A stretch of DNA of 64,000 bases, taken from Terriglobia bacterium (GTDB lineage: Bacteria; Acidobacteriota; Terriglobia; Acidiferrales; UBA7541). Under the pieces are notes generated by a model. That model searched no databases. It was not told the origin of the DNA and was given only the letters and a program-made list of their open reading frames with translations. Position numbers and translations under genes: made by a program. Of the stretch, positions 40,175-51,543 are shown piece after piece. The DNA lies in NCBI GenBank assembly GCA_963695545.1, contig OY968796.1, forward strand, positions 2,368,001 to 2,432,000, in the 5' to 3' direction. Positions within the stretch are counted from its first letter, which is position 1; each line of letters starts with the position of its first letter.

Positions 40175-40632
40175 ACACTCCATAATATTGGCATCTCTCG
40201 CGGTCGCGTGAATGATGCCACCTCAAGCCACGCGGCCGCTCGCATGAGCGAGAAAATGGGCTCGAAAATGAACTGGAAAGAGTTGCGGCGCTTGGATCAA
40301 CGCGGATAGGAAAATGCGCCGGTAACGGCTCGGGGGGCATCAAGCCTATCGCTGACGGCCGGGGCCGTCGTATCAAATTGTCCACCCTTTGTCCGCCGCG
40401 ACGGACAAAGTTGTGGCGCGGTTCCCTTTTTCAGATTAGGTTCTGCTGTGTCCCGCGGACAGCCGCACCTCGACGTACCGAAGACGAAACCGAGAAGCTC
40501 GGAGTGAAAATCGTCCTGCGCGAGACCTGCTCGCCAACGAACGGCAGAGCAGCGAGGGGCGTGCCTTGCGCGTGTCGATAGGGGTCGGATGGAAGCTCTG
40601 GACGCGCCGGACGCGGCCGTCCGGCGTTCTGA

Positions 40633-41724
40633 CTAATCGGCCGAAAGCGCGGACACTAAGACTTCGCGCGCCTGCGAGACGTCCGCGGGAACCCGCGCGG
40701 TTGATTGGCGAATCACAAATTCAGGTTCCGCGGTGATTTCGGGCAGAAACGCGCGGCGCTTCTCAATTCGTTCAAGCAGCGTGCGAGCAGCAAGCTCGCC
40801 CATTTTGTGCAGCGGCTGGCGCACCGTCGTCACGCTCGGATTGCCGTACGCCGCGCTCTCGATATCGTCGAAACCCACGACGGAAATATCCTCGGGCACG
40901 CGCAGGCCCGCCTCCTGGAACGCCCGAATCGCGCCAATCGCGGAGTTGTCGTTGTAAGCGAAGAGCGCGGTGAAACGTTTTCGCCGCGCGAGCAAACGCT
41001 TCGCGAAGGGATAGCCCGCGTGCGGCGTGCCCACTTCGCCCTTTAGGCGTACCGTGAGCTCCGGCCGGACGTCGATACTGAGTTTGCGGCTGACTTCCAC
41101 AATGGCCTGCCAGCGGTCTTCGGTGTCCGAGCTGGTCGTTGGCCCGTGCATGAACGCGATTTCCGTGTGCCCGAGTTCCTGCAAATGCTTCAGAGCCATC
41201 AGCGCCGCGGCGTGATGATCGAGTACGAGATTTGTGACGCCTTTGACTCGGCGGTGTCCGGCAACCGCGACGATGGGCAGCGGCAAAAACTGCTGGATCG
41301 AAGTGTCCACGGTGATGAGGCCCTCGACGCCGCGCTGCACGAGGAGATTTGCATACGTGTCGAGGAGCTTGGCATCGTGCCGGTGCGCCACGGTCAGGAA
41401 CAAATACCCGCGCTGCCCCAGATGCCGCTCGATTCCGCCGATGACCATGGCGCCATATGGATCGCCGATCTCCTCGGTGATCACGCCGATCGTGTAGGTG
41501 CGCTTCACGCGCAACGAACGCGCGACTAAATTGGGCAGATAGTTGAGTTTGCGTGCGGCGGCCAAAATCCGGCTTTGGGTCGATTGCGGGAAGGAGCGGC
41601 CTGCAGGGGTGTTATTGAGAACCGCAGAGATCGTGCCCGGCGTGAAGCCGACGTACTCGGCGACGGTTTTCAGAGTTACAGGGGAATGCCTGGCATTGTT
41701 CCTGTTTTTCGCCCGAGAGGCCAT
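40633..41724 (-). CDS. LacI family transcriptional regulator
   Basis: VTLKTVAEYVG..PGTISAVLN HTH, YLPNLVARSL, VPEDISVVGFDD, TTVRQP. Confidence 0.95.
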   Translation of the reverse strand: MASRAKNRNNARHSPVTLKTVAEYVGFTPGTISAVLNNTPAGRSFPQSTQSRILAAARKLNYLPNLVARSLRVKRTYTIGVITEEIGDPYGAMVIGGIERHLGQRGYLFLTVAHRHDAKLLDTYANLLVQRGVEGLITVDTSIQQFLPLPIVAVAGHRRVKGVTNLVLDHHAAALMALKHLQELGHTEIAFMHGPTTSSDTEDRWQAIVEVSRKLSIDVRPELTVRLKGEVGTPHAGYPFAKRLLARRKRFTALFAYNDNSAIGAIRAFQEAGLRVPEDISVVGFDDIESAAYGNPSVTTVRQPLHKMGELAARTLLERIEKRRAFLPEITAEPEFVIRQSTARVPADVSQAREVLVSALSAD

Positions 41725-41961
41725 TCAGGTTATTCCTTATTCTGCCGGCAACAACGGGAGTCAAAAGTGCGTCCTCTGCCGAGTGACGGAAGAGCCGGAT
41801 CGCACCTCAAGCGAAATCCCGTTTAGTCTATCGTAGCCGCGTCCCGAACGCACGGATTGCGTGCGATCGTCACTTTCGTCTGAGACGATGTTATCTTTCA
41901 CTTGACAAACCCTGCTCTTTTGGTCTTATTAGGTGTCGCCACTCACGCGGAGGTGTAGTGA

Positions 41962-41973
41962 AGAATCGATATT
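41962..41973. promoter_or_regulatory. Putative LacI operator AGAATCGATATT
   Basis: Inverted copy of the 40116/40158 motif, downstream of TTGACA at 41902 in the lacI/GH1 divergent region. Confidence 0.6.
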
Positions 41974-42278
41974 TTAGGCGCTTTCCGAAGATCGTGGCTC
42001 CAACCTGGAAATTCCAAAACCGGCAGCACCTTCGGCCAAATCGCAGGCGTCAACGCGCCGCGACGGAAACAGTTTGGGCTGAAATTCACTTTCTGAGTTT
42101 GCGGCACCCCGCCCGCGGGCCATACGCGGGAGCGTACCCGACGCGCGCCGCCCGCAGAAGGCTTGGGAATGCCGCGAGAATCACCTTCAGGGCAGCGCCG
42201 TTCCTCCTAGAGGCGCTGCGTTTCCCCGGAACCTTTTCCGGTTCCGTGCGTAATGAAACGCAGAGGCAATACTCGTAA

Positions 42279-43805
<1,527 letters not shown>

Positions 43806-44070
43806 TAATTTTGCATGCAGCGCGAGAACCTGCTGGCGGGGCAGAGAGGATTGAACCATGTCTCGCCAAAGTTTCGTGCCAGACGGATTTTGGCGAACCA
43901 CAGGTCTGATCTGCTCGTCGTAGTCTTCGGCGGCGGCACTCTCGCCGCGCTGTCTCTCTAGCGGCGGAATTTGTGGTGCGAGGTCGTCGCGCACGCGGTC
44001 CCTTGACAAGCGCTGGTTTACCCTGTTCTTATGATCGGCGGCCCCGGCCCATCCGTCTAATATCTATAGA

Positions 44071-44082
44071 AAAATCGTTTTT
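44071..44082. promoter_or_regulatory. Putative LacI operator AAAATCGTTTTT
   Basis: Variant of the AAWATCGATWTT motif between TTGACA (44003) and the GH30 start. Confidence 0.5.
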
Positions 44083-44157
44083 TCTTACCAAAAACGCCGC
44101 AACGCCGGTAGAATACACGCCGGACGGCGATCCGGGCGCTAACCAGAGGAGATCTCC

Positions 44158-45564
44158 ATGAGTCATAGACTCGCCTTTTTTTTGTTGTGTGCACTCCTGA
44201 TATTCCCTGCCATCTCATCGAAGGCCCAGGAGCCGCGAGACGCTCGGCTGTGGTTGACGACTGCGGATCGATCCTCGTTGTTCGCTCTGCAAACGCCGCC
44301 CCTGCAGTTCTCTGAATCAAGCGACGCGCTTCCCGTCGTCGACGTGAACGACATGGCGCAGTATCAGACCATCGACGGTTTCGGTCTTGCTCTGACAGGT
44401 GGGAGCGCGCAGCTTCTTATGCGTATGGATCCCGCTCAGAGGACCTCTCTGCTAAAAGAACTCTTCGGGACCCAAGAGGGAGACATTGGCGTCAGCTATC
44501 TAAGGGTGACGATCGGCTCCTCTGATATGAATGACCATGTGTTTTCCTACGACGATTTGGCGGACGGAGAAACCGATGTGGATCTGGCCAAATTCAGTCT
44601 GGCCCCTGACCTTGCCGATGTGATCCCCGTACTGAAAGAAATTCTGGCGATCAATCCCGGAATCAAAATACTTGCCTCTCCGTGGTCAGCTCCAGCCTGG
44701 ATGAAAACGAATGACAACTCGAAAGGAGGGAATCTGAAGCCCGAGTATTACGGCGCGTATGCGACGTATTTGGTGAAGTATATCGAAGGCATGAAAGCCG
44801 AAGGCATCACGATCGACACCATCACCATAGAGAATGAGCCCTTGAATCCGAAGAACACGCCGAGCATGGTGATGTTCGCGCCGGAGGAGGACGCATTCAT
44901 CGCAAAGAATCTCGGACCCGCGTTTCAGAAGGCCGAAATCCACACGAAGATACTCTTGTACGATCACAATCCCGACGTTCCATCGTATCCTCTGTCGATT
45001 CTGGCGGACGCCGATGCCAGCAAGTATGTCGATGGCACCGCCTTTCACCTATATGGCGGGGAAGCCTCCACGTTGACGGACGTGCATGATGAATATCCGA
45101 ACAAAAATTTGTACATGACCGAGCAGTCGATAACCGGAGGCCGGCGGGGCCCGCTCGATATCGCTGCGTCCGTTGGCCGGGTGCTGATCGGCGCGACCCG
45201 GAACTGGAGCCGCAACGTACTCCTGTGGAACCTTGCCGCCGACCCGAATTACGGGCCGCACACCAATAACGGCGGATGCACAGGGTGCCAGGGCGCGATC
45301 ACTCTCGACGGCAATACGGCAACTCGAAACTTGGCTTACTACGCGCTTGCGCACTTTTCGACATTTGTGCCGCCCGGTTCTGTGCGGGTTGGGTCAAGTG
45401 AAATGGAGCAACTATCAACCGTAGCTTTTCTTACGCCTGACGGGAAGATGGTGCTGGTCGTATCAAATACCGGGAACTTCTCAAAAACGTTCGACGTGAG
45501 GTACCACGGCAAATCATTCACGACGACGCTGCCTGAAGAATCCGTGGGAACCTATGTCTGGTGA
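44158..45564 (+). CDS. GH30 glycoside hydrolase (GH30_3-like endo-beta-1,6-glucanase)
   Basis: Signal peptide; QTIDGFG, PWSAPAWMK, ENEP, MTE, LWNLAADP.YGPHT.NGGC..C.G. Confidence 0.9.
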   Translation: MSHRLAFFLLCALLIFPAISSKAQEPRDARLWLTTADRSSLFALQTPPLQFSESSDALPVVDVNDMAQYQTIDGFGLALTGGSAQLLMRMDPAQRTSLLKELFGTQEGDIGVSYLRVTIGSSDMNDHVFSYDDLADGETDVDLAKFSLAPDLADVIPVLKEILAINPGIKILASPWSAPAWMKTNDNSKGGNLKPEYYGAYATYLVKYIEGMKAEGITIDTITIENEPLNPKNTPSMVMFAPEEDAFIAKNLGPAFQKAEIHTKILLYDHNPDVPSYPLSILADADASKYVDGTAFHLYGGEASTLTDVHDEYPNKNLYMTEQSITGGRRGPLDIAASVGRVLIGATRNWSRNVLLWNLAADPNYGPHTNNGGCTGCQGAITLDGNTATRNLAYYALAHFSTFVPPGSVRVGSSEMEQLSTVAFLTPDGKMVLVVSNTGNFSKTFDVRYHGKSFTTTLPEESVGTYVW

Positions 45565-45829
45565 ACGCGAAGCGGAGCAGGGGAGAAGCGCTACGCCGAC
45601 GAGTTGATCTTTGGTTTCGCAGCGGTTCGATACTTGCGACTGTCGGATGTCCCGCAGAACGTGCGTGCTTCATCGCATGTTGGCCGGGTAAGCTGTCGCA
45701 ACATCCGATGTGCCCGCACTCTGCACATCGGCGCAGATGGAGCCACCATCCGCCCGAAGCGAGGCACTCCTTGCAACCGTTCCCGCTTGGTTTTGCAGCA
45801 GGATTGATTCCGGGCTGGTGAGATTCCAC
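45518..45829 (-). pseudogene. UBP-type zinc-finger protein, apparently 3'-truncated
   Basis: GCKECL..GGWWLHLRRCAECGHIGCCDS...HA..H; similarity ends at SIEP (the usual GExW tail is missing) and the ORF runs into the convergent GH30 gene. Confidence 0.6.
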
Positions 45830-46052
45830 GTTTTCGCCCGCTCGGAACCAGTCCCTGATCGCTTGTCAGAGGTTTTGGCCGGCACCACTTCGCAAACTTA
45901 CCTTATTGCCCCGAGAAGTCTTGACGTCAAGGATGCGAGAATTACAATACGCACCGGGCCTGTCCATCGGGCCGAAGGCCAAGGTCACTCTCTACGTCTG
46001 TAATGTTTGAGGTTACGGGCCGGCTTTCGACGGGGAACACCACGAGGCCATT

Positions 46053-46982
46053 ATGGGATACGACCTGCACAACTGGCCCGCGCTTGACTGGCCCCAATGG
46101 AAAGACACTGCCGACACCTTGCATATGTACATGCAAATTGTCGGCAAAACGCGACTCGAGCTCACGCCTCTTCAGAATCATTGGTGGAACGTTACTCTCT
46201 ATCTGAGCGCACGCGGCCTCTGGACCTCGCCGATGCCCTTCGCCGAAGGGCATTCACTCGATATAGAGTTCGATTTTGTTGGCCATGAGCTGGTCTTCCG
46301 AACAAGCAGAGGCGAGATTCGTAGGAACCGGCTGGAGGCAAAACCCGTAAAGGATTTCTACGCCGAATTTCTCCGCACACTCTCCGATCTTGGGGTGGAA
46401 GTGCACATCGATCCCAAACCAGTGGAACTGGCGAATCCAATCCGTTTCGATCAAGATGACGTCCACAAAAGCTACGATCCGGACGCGGTTTCGCGATTTT
46501 GGAATGCCCTGCGGCTGGCGGATATTCTGTTCAAGAAATTTTCTACTTATTTCTACGGCAAGATCAGCCCGGTCCACTTTTTCTGGGGCTCAATGGATTT
46601 GGCGGTCACCCGCTTCAACGGCAAAAGGGCTCCCGCGCGCCCGGGCGCTGACGCCATCCAGGCCGAAGCGTACTCGCATGAAGTGATCAGTGCCGGATTC
46701 TGGCCCGGAAATGGCGGATACGGCCAGGCCGCGTTTTATTCGTATGCCGCCCCGGTCCCGGAGGGACTCGGCGAAGAGAAGATTCTCGGTCCGGGAGCAT
46801 TTAACCGCGGCATGGGAGAATTCCTGTTGAACTACTCGGATGTGCTCCGTTCCTCGGATCCCCAGACGACCGTCATGGATTTCTTACAAAACACATATGC
46901 GGCGGCCGCCGACGCCGCCGGATGGGACCGCGCAAATCTGGACCGTCAAGATGATTTCATTCCGCGCTCGCGAAACAAATAG
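46053..46982 (+). CDS. DUF5996 (Ava_C0101-like) protein
   Basis: WP.L....W.DT..TLH.Y.QIVGK.RL, NHWW, SPVHFFWGS.DLAVTRF, EAYSHEVISAGFWPG. Confidence 0.85.
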   Translation: MGYDLHNWPALDWPQWKDTADTLHMYMQIVGKTRLELTPLQNHWWNVTLYLSARGLWTSPMPFAEGHSLDIEFDFVGHELVFRTSRGEIRRNRLEAKPVKDFYAEFLRTLSDLGVEVHIDPKPVELANPIRFDQDDVHKSYDPDAVSRFWNALRLADILFKKFSTYFYGKISPVHFFWGSMDLAVTRFNGKRAPARPGADAIQAEAYSHEVISAGFWPGNGGYGQAAFYSYAAPVPEGLGEEKILGPGAFNRGMGEFLLNYSDVLRSSDPQTTVMDFLQNTYAAAADAAGWDRANLDRQDDFIPRSRNK

Positions 46983-47124
46983 TCCGCCGCGCACGATCTC
47001 CGGCGCGTAACTTCTTCTCTAAAGCGCGGTGTTCAGCATTCAATGCCCGTTCCCGGTTTTGTGGGAAGAAGCTTGGGCGAATCCCCTTCGCCGAGCGATT
47101 ATTTTGAAGGCCCTTCCATCTGTT

Positions 47125-48033
47125 TCAGGGGAGCAGCAAGACTTTGCCTGCTGCGCGTTTCTCAACTGCGATGTGTCCTTCGCGTGCCTCTCGTAGAGGC
47201 AATTTTAGGGCGATAGGAATCTTCAGTTTTCCATCGCGCACAGCTCTCGCCATATACAGCAGCACCTCGGGATCCTGCTTTGACACGAACGCAACTGTGC
47301 GCACGGAAGGCCGGTTTTTGGCGCTCGCCGGCACTCCGGTTACAGAGGCGAACGTACCGCCGTCCTTCACCTTACCAAGCAACTGCTCGGCCGTTGCTCC
47401 GCGAACGGTGTTCGCGACGACGTCGACCTGGGCGAGAGCGTTAAACGCGGCCTGATCGTCGAGCGCGATCACTTGATCCGCGCCCACGCTTTTAGCATCG
47501 TCTAATTGTCTCTTTAGGACGCCGGCGATCACTACCGCTCCCTTATCCTTCGCCGTGCACACGGCTGCGCGGGCAACGCTGCCGACAGCGCCGGAAACCA
47601 AAACCGTCTGGCCCGCCTTAACGCCGCTCGCGATGGAAATCAGTTCGCTCCCTGTCATCGTGACGACCGGAAGGGCGGCCGCGTCGACGGTGTCCATGCC
47701 ATCGGGGATTTTCGCCAGAACACTGGCGTGAACGGTACATAACTCCGCGTAAGTGTGATAGGTCCACGCAAAAACTCGATCGCCAATAGAAAATCCCGTC
47801 GCTTCCGGACCAAGACCCGCGACAGTTCCGGAAACATCCCGACCGATGATCCCTGGGAACTCGACGGGGTCATACGCCTTTATTGCGCCGGCCCGCAGCA
47901 GCAGATCGACCGGATTTATGCCCGCCGCCGCAACTCGAATTAGGACCTCGCCTTTGCCCGGCACGGGATCGGGAAAGTCTTCGTACTTTAAGACGTCCGC
48001 CCCGCCGTACTCGTGCATCACCACCGCTTTCAT
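47125..48033 (-). CDS. NADP-dependent oxidoreductase (MDR / quinone-oxidoreductase-like)
   Basis: MKAVVMHEYGG, AAGINPVD, G.DVSG, GKVLL. Confidence 0.9.
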   Translation of the reverse strand: MKAVVMHEYGGADVLKYEDFPDPVPGKGEVLIRVAAAGINPVDLLLRAGAIKAYDPVEFPGIIGRDVSGTVAGLGPEATGFSIGDRVFAWTYHTYAELCTVHASVLAKIPDGMDTVDAAALPVVTMTGSELISIASGVKAGQTVLVSGAVGSVARAAVCTAKDKGAVVIAGVLKRQLDDAKSVGADQVIALDDQAAFNALAQVDVVANTVRGATAEQLLGKVKDGGTFASVTGVPASAKNRPSVRTVAFVSKQDPEVLLYMARAVRDGKLKIPIALKLPLREAREGHIAVEKRAAGKVLLLP

Positions 48034-48190
48034 CGGCGCCCTCCTTTGATTAGCCACTGCCAGAACATTTGGCGTCAAGCTATCATATTACGTGCGTCGT
48101 TTCGGGAGCGAAGTCGCTCGCCGTCTGAACACTCGGATTGAATGGCGGTTCGCGTCGCACAAGCTTTCCATTCAAGGAGGCCTTACGATC

Positions 48191-48592
48191 ATGACCCCAA
48201 GTGAGAAGGCGGTCGCTGAAGTGCTGGCTGCGTACAACGCTGCGCTCAATTCCGCCGATACTAATGCCGTGATGCCACTCTATACGAAAGACGGCGTGTT
48301 CATGCCTCCGTACAGCGCGTCGGCCGTCGGATCCGTTGAGATCCGCAAAGCCTATGATGCGGTTTTCAAGGCCATCAAACTCACCGTGAAGTTCTACGTC
48401 GTCGAGATTGTGGAAATGAGCCCCGAATGGGTGTTCGCGCGCACAAACTCCGCCGGTACGACTCTGAATCACGCCACCGGCGCCACGAGCGCCGAGGGGA
48501 ATCAAGAGCTTTTCATTTTCCGCAAAGATCGGGATGGTAAGTTCAAGATTGCCCGTTACAGTTTCTCGACGACGAATCCGCAGAGCAAATGA
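48191..48592 (+). CDS. SnoaL/NTF2-like (YybH/DUF4440) protein
   Basis: Y..DGVFMPP...VG..EIR.AY, NQELFIF...KIARYSF; AAGGAGG RBS. Confidence 0.85.
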   Translation: MTPSEKAVAEVLAAYNAALNSADTNAVMPLYTKDGVFMPPYSASAVGSVEIRKAYDAVFKAIKLTVKFYVVEIVEMSPEWVFARTNSAGTTLNHATGATSAEGNQELFIFRKDRDGKFKIARYSFSTTNPQSK

Positions 48593-48634
48593 CGGTCGAT
48601 TACTGCGAAAGAGATGATTGAATTCTCTGGATAA

Positions 48635-49609
48635 TCACATTACAACGACAATCCGCCCGAGCCGCACCGGCCGTTCCACAAGCTCGTGCGCGCGAGCGAT
48701 ATCCGCCAGCGGAACTCGTTCGCCAATCTCGAAGCCTGCCCACCCCGTCTCAAGCGCAGCACTTAAATCCCGCGCCGCTTGCAATTTCGCTTCCTTTGGG
48801 AAATCGTCGCTCCCCAGAAAAAACACACGAATGTTCTTAAACACCATTTGCCAGAAGGGAATCTTCGGAGCGGCGTTGTCCGTGGCGTAGCTCGCGACCG
48901 AACCGCCCTGATTCAGGAGTTCGACGTCCACTTCGATGTTGGCTCCAAACGCCACTTCGACGATGTGGTCGATGCCGTCAGGAGCCACGGCTCTCACGCG
49001 CGAAGTCAGTTCCTTGTCGCTGACGAGCACCTCGTGGGCGCCGGCGTTCTTTGCCGCGGATTCGTCTGACGGCGACCTCACAATTCCGATCACTCGCGCG
49101 CCGGCGCGACGCGCGAGCTGAACGGCGCAAAAACCCACGGAACCTGCCGCTCCTTGCACCAACACGGTGCGTCCATTCACAGAACCCGCGACAGAAACGG
49201 CTCGGTGCGCAGTGATGCCGGGTATTCCGAGACAAGCGCCCTGCTCCATCGGCACGCTTTCCGGCAGGCGAGCAATCTGATCTAAGGGAACAACCGTGAA
49301 TTCCGCGGCCGTACCAAACGGACGATACGACTGTGCTCCGTAGCACCACACCGAGCGCCCCATCCACTCGGAGGGAACCCCGGCGCCGAGCTGATCCACG
49401 CGGCCAGCGCCATCACTATGCGGAATCACACGAGGATATGGCATGCCTACACCAAAGGCGTCCTGGCGCTTCTTGACGTCGCCCGGGTTGATGCCGGAGG
49501 CAGCCGTGCGAATGCGAACTTCGCCGCCCGCTGGAGTCGGATCCGGCATCTCGCCGACCATGAGCACTTCGCGAGCCGGCCCCTGCTTCTCGTACCATGC
49601 TGCCTTCAT
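48635..49609 (-). CDS. NADPH:quinone reductase (zeta-crystallin-like)
   Basis: GPAREVL, SGINPGDVK, IPHSDGAG, GACLGIP, GAAGSVG. Confidence 0.92.
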   Translation of the reverse strand: MKAAWYEKQGPAREVLMVGEMPDPTPAGGEVRIRTAASGINPGDVKKRQDAFGVGMPYPRVIPHSDGAGRVDQLGAGVPSEWMGRSVWCYGAQSYRPFGTAAEFTVVPLDQIARLPESVPMEQGACLGIPGITAHRAVSVAGSVNGRTVLVQGAAGSVGFCAVQLARRAGARVIGIVRSPSDESAAKNAGAHEVLVSDKELTSRVRAVAPDGIDHIVEVAFGANIEVDVELLNQGGSVASYATDNAAPKIPFWQMVFKNIRVFFLGSDDFPKEAKLQAARDLSAALETGWAGFEIGERVPLADIARAHELVERPVRLGRIVVVM

Positions 49610-49627
49610 TTACCTTCCTTAGATTTT

Positions 49628-50068
49628 CTATGCGTACAAGTCCAGCGGACCCGCGGTCATGGTCGTTTGTCCGACTTCAATGAGGTACCCGTCCGGGTCG
49701 CGCATGTAGCATCGCAATTCCGTTGCGTGGACTTTGGGCTCGGTGATGAATTTCGCGCCCCGCGAAGACCAAAGTTCGTAGTAGCGCGCGATGTCCGTTA
49801 CGCGAAGGTTCAGAAAGATGCTGAGAACGTTTGGATCGCGCGGCGGCGAAGCGACGACGTCGGGCTTGTCGTCGGTCGGGCCGCCACCGCCGTTGATCGT
49901 GAGCCAAATATTGCCGAGCCTCAAAAACGTCGGCTGCCCCTCGCGGAGCACCGTCGCGCCGAGGACGTCGCGATAGAACGCCACTGAGCGCTGAATGTCC
50001 CTAACGATGAGGGTATTCGTCGCCACAAACTTGAGTTCATTCGGCTGATCCGATTGGGGCATCGACAT
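49628..50068 (-). CDS. VOC/glyoxalase family protein
   Basis: LIVRDIQRSVAFYRDVLG...RDPDGYLIEV. Confidence 0.9.
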   Translation of the reverse strand: MSMPQSDQPNELKFVATNTLIVRDIQRSVAFYRDVLGATVLREGQPTFLRLGNIWLTINGGGGPTDDKPDVVASPPRDPNVLSIFLNLRVTDIARYYELWSSRGAKFITEPKVHATELRCYMRDPDGYLIEVGQTTMTAGPLDLYA

Positions 50069-50155
50069 GCCACCTCCCTTTGTGAGTCACTTTCCAAGGT
50101 TCGCTCCAGAGCGTAACTTCGAGCCCTCGAGCAGGGTTAGGCGCCGCGATGCCGT

Positions 50156-50407
50156 TTAAGGCAGGTACCCGTCCGCCATCCATTTAGCGAATAGCTCAAT
50201 GCGAGATTGAGGCCAAGGACCTTCTCCTCTTGGTGGCGGGGGCGGCATTACGGAGCCCCCGATTGCCCGAATGCGGTCGTAAATCGCGGCTGCGTGGGCC
50301 TTCACGTCGTCATAACTCGCCAGGTTAAACGCCTTGCTCATGCCCTGAATGTCCCGGTCCGTAAAAAGCGGGCGAATGTCTGCTTGAAAACTCGTTGGTT
50401 TGGTCAT
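50156..50407 (-). CDS. Small hypothetical protein (cytochrome-c-like layout without CxxCH)
   Basis: SFQADIRPLF...MPP...WP...F.KWMADG; GAGGGG RBS. Confidence 0.75.
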   Translation of the reverse strand: MTKPTSFQADIRPLFTDRDIQGMSKAFNLASYDDVKAHAAAIYDRIRAIGGSVMPPPPPRGEGPWPQSRIELFAKWMADGYLP

Positions 50408-50826
50408 TGCCCCCTCACAAGCTTTGGATTATAAACACGTCTCGCTCACACCTCGTGAATCGAAATCGTCCTGTCTCTTGATGTCAAAACATAGGATATT
50501 TCTTTTCCGGCCAAAGTTGTACGTCCGCGGTGCAACATACTTAACACGCATCACGCTTTGCATGAAAGCGTTTGGCCGGAGCGGGGCCGATGTTCGGCAA
50601 TCGAACCCCCGATATCGATGCGGCCGGTGGACCGGCGCCGATCTCGATCTGCGCAACGCCGTACTTAGTCGTGATTGAGCACAACCGGACGGATCGATTC
50701 TCTCGGGGGGAGGTGTTGCCGAATCAACTGATTAGATGGAGTTGCGTCGACCGGTTGACCTCGCACGACTTATCAGTAGTTGGGCCGGTAGGCCGCCGGT
50801 CTTGGATTTCGCCAACGCGCAGCAGG

Positions 50827-51543
50827 TTAGATTCGCGCCGCGACTTCCGTGCCAGCCGCTGCGAAAACCGAATTCACTTCCGACTCCGCAATCTCCACCA
50901 GGCAACGAACGACGTCGGGGTCAAACTGCGTTCCGCTCGACGCGAGCAGCCTGCGGATTCCTTCCTCAAAGGGAAGGCCTTGCCGGTAGGGCCGTGAGGA
51001 GACCATGGCGTCAAACGCGTCGATCACCGAGACGATGCGCGAGCCGATCGGTATCTCGCTCTTGGCCAGGCCCGCGGGGTAACCCGTTCCGTCAAAATTT
51101 TCGTGGTGATGCAACGTGAACAGGCTGGCCGTCTCGAATCCGGGAAGCATCCGCAGAATCGCCCAACTATATTCTGGATGTTTCTTGACGATCGCGTATT
51201 CTTCCTCGGTCAACCGCGACGGCTTGTTCAGAATCGCGTCGGGCACGCCGACCTTACCGACGTCGTGAAGCAGCGCGGCCACTTCCATGTCCGGCAGATC
51301 CTTTTGGTCGAAGCCCATGTCCTGAGCGACGCGCATGGCCCATTCCGCCAAGCGGGTGCTGTGCACTCCGGTGTTCAGATCCTTCAGATCAAGCAGCTGA
51401 TTGAAGGCGCACACAACCGAAGACCGCAGTTCGGAGACTTGATCTTCCAATCTCTTGATCCGCAACGTCCCCGGCGCCCACGATGGGACGATCGCGGGCG
51501 CGGGAGCCGGGGCGAAATCACGGGATAAGGCCATGGGGCTCAT
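50827..51543 (-). CDS. Stand-alone HD-GYP domain phosphodiesterase
   Basis: HSTR, LLHDVGK, HHENFDGTGYP, DAFDAM...RPY; start overlaps the S8 stop (ATGA). Confidence 0.92.
   Translation of the reverse strand: MSPMALSRDFAPAPAPAIVPSWAPGTLRIKRLEDQVSELRSSVVCAFNQLLDLKDLNTGVHSTRLAEWAMRVAQDMGFDQKDLPDMEVAALLHDVGKVGVPDAILNKPSRLTEEEYAIVKKHPEYSWAILRMLPGFETASLFTLHHHENFDGTGYPAGLAKSEIPIGSRIVSVIDAFDAMVSSRPYRQGLPFEEGIRRLLASSGTQFDPDVVRCLVEIAESEVNSVFAAAGTEVAARI

Noticed and set aside
50430..50820. Short ORFs between the small protein and HD-GYP
   Set aside because: No recognisable motifs; possibly a gene remnant but not supportable.
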